A DNA stretch of 64,000 nucleotides, taken from positions 349,556,001 through 349,620,000 of the forward strand of contig OZ024743.1 in NCBI GenBank assembly GCA_964016885.1. The letters run 5' to 3'. Within the stretch, counting starts at the first letter, position 1. Every line of letters starts with the position of its first letter. The notes below the pieces were generated by a model. The model had not been told where the DNA came from, searched no databases, and worked only from the letters and a program-made list of their open reading frames with translations. Below, one piece after another: positions 59,990 through 64,000 of the stretch. The translations under genes and the position numbers were made by a program. The stretch comes from Eledone cirrhosa. Lineage: Eukaryota.

Positions 59990-62900
59990 ATTAACGTCGT
60001 TCTTTAACCAAGGTAAATAAATAATTCTTAATGGGACCCTAGGTCTGAAATATAAAGGCCAATACAAAAAGAAGGAAAGTGGAGATTTATATTAAACACG
60101 TAAAAAATAGAACGGTTAACAATTCACTAGAAAGTGATAACAATAAATTTCCACAATAGGTAGTGTGACAACAAGACCTAACTTATAAACTCTACAGAAC
60201 CTAAACTACCCTAATCTTCAAGGGCACCCTGGGAAGAAGCCCTTCTCCTCTCTAAACAGTTTAGTCTACAGGCGCATGGTCAGAATAGCGTCCATTCACT
60301 CGGGTTAACTTCGCTACATTCAGCCACCTTTTACCATAAGTGCTGGAGGTGGGCAGCATTTCCCTCACCACCCTCACCATCCTTTACAAATCGAGCTTTA
60401 AAATGTTGATGAGCGATTAGCCAAAGAGGAAAGTGTCTGACTACAATCCTTTCAATCACATCCTATACACAACTTATTTCCTTACCGCCATCAGGCAGAA
60501 TCGGACAGAGTTAAACTGCCTGCCTTTTCCGGTGAAAAGAAAGCATGAGGTGGGTCTATTTTCGAGATGGAGTCGGTCGATTTCCGGATCCTGCCTACAC
60601 GCGATAATAGCTGTTCGAGAAATCTCCACAAATCAGCGATTGGTCTACTCTGGGCGGATGTCTGTAGAACGGTTTCATCGCTCTGCCTGCATCCCGAGTA
60701 GCACTTCCATGTCGGACAGCACTTCCATGTCTAGAGTTTCTCTCGAACTGGCAGTACGTCTCGGTAGCACTGCCAAGCCAGGGCTATCTAGAAATTGCTC
60801 ATGGTCTCCTTGAAGGTTTTCAGGAAGACACTGGTTAATTCGATATCGTTGTCGACTAGATTTTCTCTGAGGCGAAATTCTACTGACTGCATTACACGAT
60901 TGACAATGAATTGTGAGCGTGGTGACAACATACCAGCTACCAGACACCCAGTCTCGGTCTTCGCTTGACCCACGACTGCAGCTTTCATCGTTTAGGACTA
61001 TCTAAAGATACTGTTGTCTCAGCGTATAATTGCGCTCCATCAACCACTGCATAGAGGGTGTTGGTTGTAGGGTGACCGCCTCCCCAGTGGACCCTATCAC
61101 TTCCACAAGAAGTTGAAGAACAGGCACCGGAATTTGGTGAGGCGTGGATGAGGGCTGTGATATATGGAAAACGCGATGCATGCGTTCATCACCCCTGCCC
61201 GACCTTTCATGGATTGCTTCCCCTCGGACTATTTCTTGGAAAGACTTGCCATCCAGCTCGTTATCTCGTCTCAGTTCCCATCAACCTGTAGATCTTAAGC
61301 AAATCAGATCCCTAGTAATTTCACCGATCGGTCCGTTCCGGCACTCTGCTCAAGCGGGATGCTCCGAAACAGTTTCAGCTTCCACAGTAGGGAGAAAAAA
61401 GAACATCCTTGAAAGAGCGAACGGTTCCGATAGGTGACCATTTCCTTTGACCGCCGAGCAGTTGCCGCTGTGTATTGTACGGATCCAGCCTCTGCGGAGG
61501 CCACCAATTATTGATGGTCGAACCTATCAAAAGCATTCGATTCATCCAAGTTGATCAGAGCCTCACTAAAGCGAGGTTTACTCCCTACCCGCTTTATGAT
61601 ATATCGCACGAAGCGGAGATTGTCGTGTATGGATCTAGTCACGATTGCACAAGTTTGCACCTCCCGCGTCAGACCCTTCACAATAAGAGCTGACTCCGTT
61701 GCTTGTACCTCGGCGAAAACTTTAAACTCTGTGTTGATAAGAGTTATATACCAGAAATTATCATTAACGTCCACCTTGTCTTTCCTCATCAGCGTTTCTG
61801 CACCCCTACACAAAACTCGGATTTCTCCCGTACTGACGCCATTGGCAGTTGACAAGTTCGAAGTCGTCGGAGGATAAGCCTGGAATATCTACGTAAAGCT
61901 CATAGCATCGACCATCCAAAGAAGGCGATTTGCGCGTCGTACTGCCAACCAGGGATCCCCTTGTCTCGCAGTTGCTGAGAGTCGGGTCAGGCTATCTAGA
62001 CAGGAACGGTACTCCACCACCGTTTCCGACACCTCGCTCGCTTCGAATTGTGTCGTCAAGTGCTGCCGAAAAGCCGCGCCTAATTACTTGATGTCGATCA
62101 GACCGAATTGTGACTTTGTTGTCATGTTGGATCTTTGCCACTCGAGTACATCGAACAGCTTTCGTTAGCTCGTTTCTTAGAACACGCTCCTTAGCTCTGA
62201 CAGTGCAACCTTTATGTTTCGCATTGAAGAAATGATCTAATGATATTATCGCATCTAGAACGTCTGTTGCAATGACACTCCTAATAGCCTCTTCTATGTT
62301 TTTTCATCGCTATTTCTTTACTAAACGCTATTAGTTCTAATCTAATCGCTCTCTTGAGAGTGTCCCACCGCGTGGTGATGATTGCTCCTGTCAAACGGTG
62401 CCTAACTAATGTGCTAATCCCGTTGATGTAGGTATTACACGCCGTGAAAGACGGTTTAAGATTCAATTAACCGGGTCCTTGTATATGTGTTCTACCTAGA
62501 TCGAACATGTAGATCACGAAATTGTGGTCTAACATGTGACCGTTTGAAATTATGAAGGCTCTATGTTATCTTTGTCTGTTATACACATGAATAACCTATC
62601 TAAATAGGATCTAGGTGGTCCTCTGAAATTAGTTCAAGTTCACACTGGTTCATTCGGGAAATCTAGGCTGTACCTGTCAGACAGTTGGAACTGGTTAATG
62701 AGGTTCTTGAAACCTTTGAGTCTACTCCACATATTGTCTACTCCAACAGAGTCCCAGCGTACATCCACGATGCATTTACTGACCCCGCTAACAGTAATGG
62801 GTGAGACGCTAACAGAAAACCTTCCAGGTGCCTGAAGTAATCAGACCATCCTGTCCCAATTGGGACTTAGACGAACACCAGTCAAAAAATATAACCTTCG

Positions 62901-63070
62901 GCTATTTTTCGAGTGCAGGAGTGTCGTCCACACTTCGAGATTTAGAGCTTTCCTAAACAGCATCACCACCCTGCCTCCTATTCCGGGCTGATTGAGAGAT
63001 GCATAGATCTCAAAGTCATTAAGAAGAGGAGCTAGTGCGCGCGAGTCTAAAATTATGGACACACTGATGG
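59990..63070 (-). mobile_element. Decayed L1/Tx1-clade LINE ORF2 (APE and RT)
   Basis: ORF 61508-61855 YITLINTEFKVFA..QTCAIVTRSIHDNLRFVRYII..ALINLDESNAFDRFDH matches Tx1-type RT. APE-like remnants at 62300-63060. Confidence 0.88.
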
Positions 63071-63360
63071 CTACGTACCGTCTCCGGGCTGTTGCATATC
63101 GGTTGGTTCGATCTCCATATATGGTTGGGGCTTCTTTGGAAATCCCTTTAAAAGCCTACGCGTTGCTTTTACATTAGGGGTTCCAACACCGTTGGGGAAG
63201 CTCTCTGTCATACCTGTAAGAACATGCCTGTTAATAATAGAGTTTGGTGTATTTTGAATGTACATATGCCAAATATTTCTCCCTCCGTCATGTTCAATGA
63301 CTGCTTGGTGTCGGGTGACGTACCGCATTGGTTGGCAAAATGTACAACCGTTCTAATAAT

Positions 63361-63548
63361 TGTTTCTACTTTTGACACAAGGCCAGCAATTACCCAAGTG
63401 CATTACTGGTGCTTTATTTTATCGACCCCGTAAGGATCAAAGGCAAAGCTAACCTCACCGGAATTTGAACTCAGAACGTAAAGCGCCATAACTCTATGCT
63501 GCAAAGCATGGTGTCCAATGCTCTACCAATACTGCCAATTCACCACCC
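63361..63548 (-). mobile_element. SINE family A, full length
   Basis: Bounded by the 20-bp repeat TGTACAAC(C/G)GTTCTAATAAT at 63341 and 63549. Confidence 0.9.
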
Positions 63549-63568
63549 TGTACAACGGTTCTAATAAT

Positions 63569-63766
63569 GATTTCTAGTAAAGGCACAAGGTCAGTAATTT
63601 GTGCGAGGGGAAAGTCGATTAAATCGACCCCAGTACGTTACTGGTGCTTTATTTTATCGACTCCGCAAGGATGAAAGCAAAGTTGAACTCAGAACATAAA
63701 GGGCCGCAACTCTATGTTGCAAAGCATGGTTTCCGACTCTCTACCGATGCTACCAAACTACCACCC
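63569..63766 (-). mobile_element. SINE family A variant, full length
   Basis: Bounded by the same 20-bp repeat at 63549 and 63767. Carries an extra GGGGAAAGTCGATTAAATCGACCCCAG segment. Confidence 0.88.
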
Positions 63767-64000
63767 TGTACAACGGCTCTAATAATAAAAGACCAATCTA
63801 AGGGAAATGATGTTACCAACTATAAGCCTATCACATGTCTGTCTATGATGTGTAAATTACTAACAAGTATTATGTCTGAGGAAATCTACCACCACCTCGA
63901 CATAAACAACATATTGCCGGAGGAACAGAAAGGATGCCGAAAGAAGTCCCGTGGTAGAAAAGCCCTGTTACTTATTGACAAAATTATGATCCCTTTGCCA

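Larger units (their letters stand above)
63240..64000 (+). mobile_element. R4/Dong-type LINE RT fragment interrupted by two SINEs
   Basis: FNDCLVSGDVPHWLAKCTTVLI resumes after 63786 as KDQSKGNDVTNYKPITCLSMMCKLLTSI..LPEEQKGCRKKSRG..LLIDK. Confidence 0.85.

Noticed and set aside
59746-60020. Poly-L/P/T/H ORFs resembling a mucin or signal-peptide protein
   Set aside because: Compound trinucleotide microsatellite open in several frames, with no splice or domain evidence.

Overview
Repeat-saturated, gene-poor animal genomic DNA. The AT-richness, very dense (TA)n/(CA)n/(GA)n/(TATG)n/(ATT)n microsatellites and the tRNA-derived SINE family suggest an octopod cephalopod (inference). No host protein-coding gene can be supported: nearly all ORFs in the track are microsatellite translations or decayed transposon pieces. 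Recognisable elements are Penelope-like retroelements (RT and GIY-YIG remnants), R4/Dong-type REL LINEs in (ATT)n tracts, RTE, CR1 and L1/Tx1 LINE remnants, two Helitron remnants, a Tigger/pogo-like MITE, a hAT MITE and about a dozen SINEs. The most interesting signal is a set of non-coding, microsatellite-embedded elements carrying type I hammerhead ribozyme (HHR) motifs. One is a ~700-nt-period retrozyme-like element whose 5' end falls exactly on the predicted self-cleavage site. Others are long fold-back palindromes that turn around at or next to the ribozyme, and a three-copy family that keeps only the 3' half of a hammerhead. All coordinates were read by eye and may be off by a few bases.
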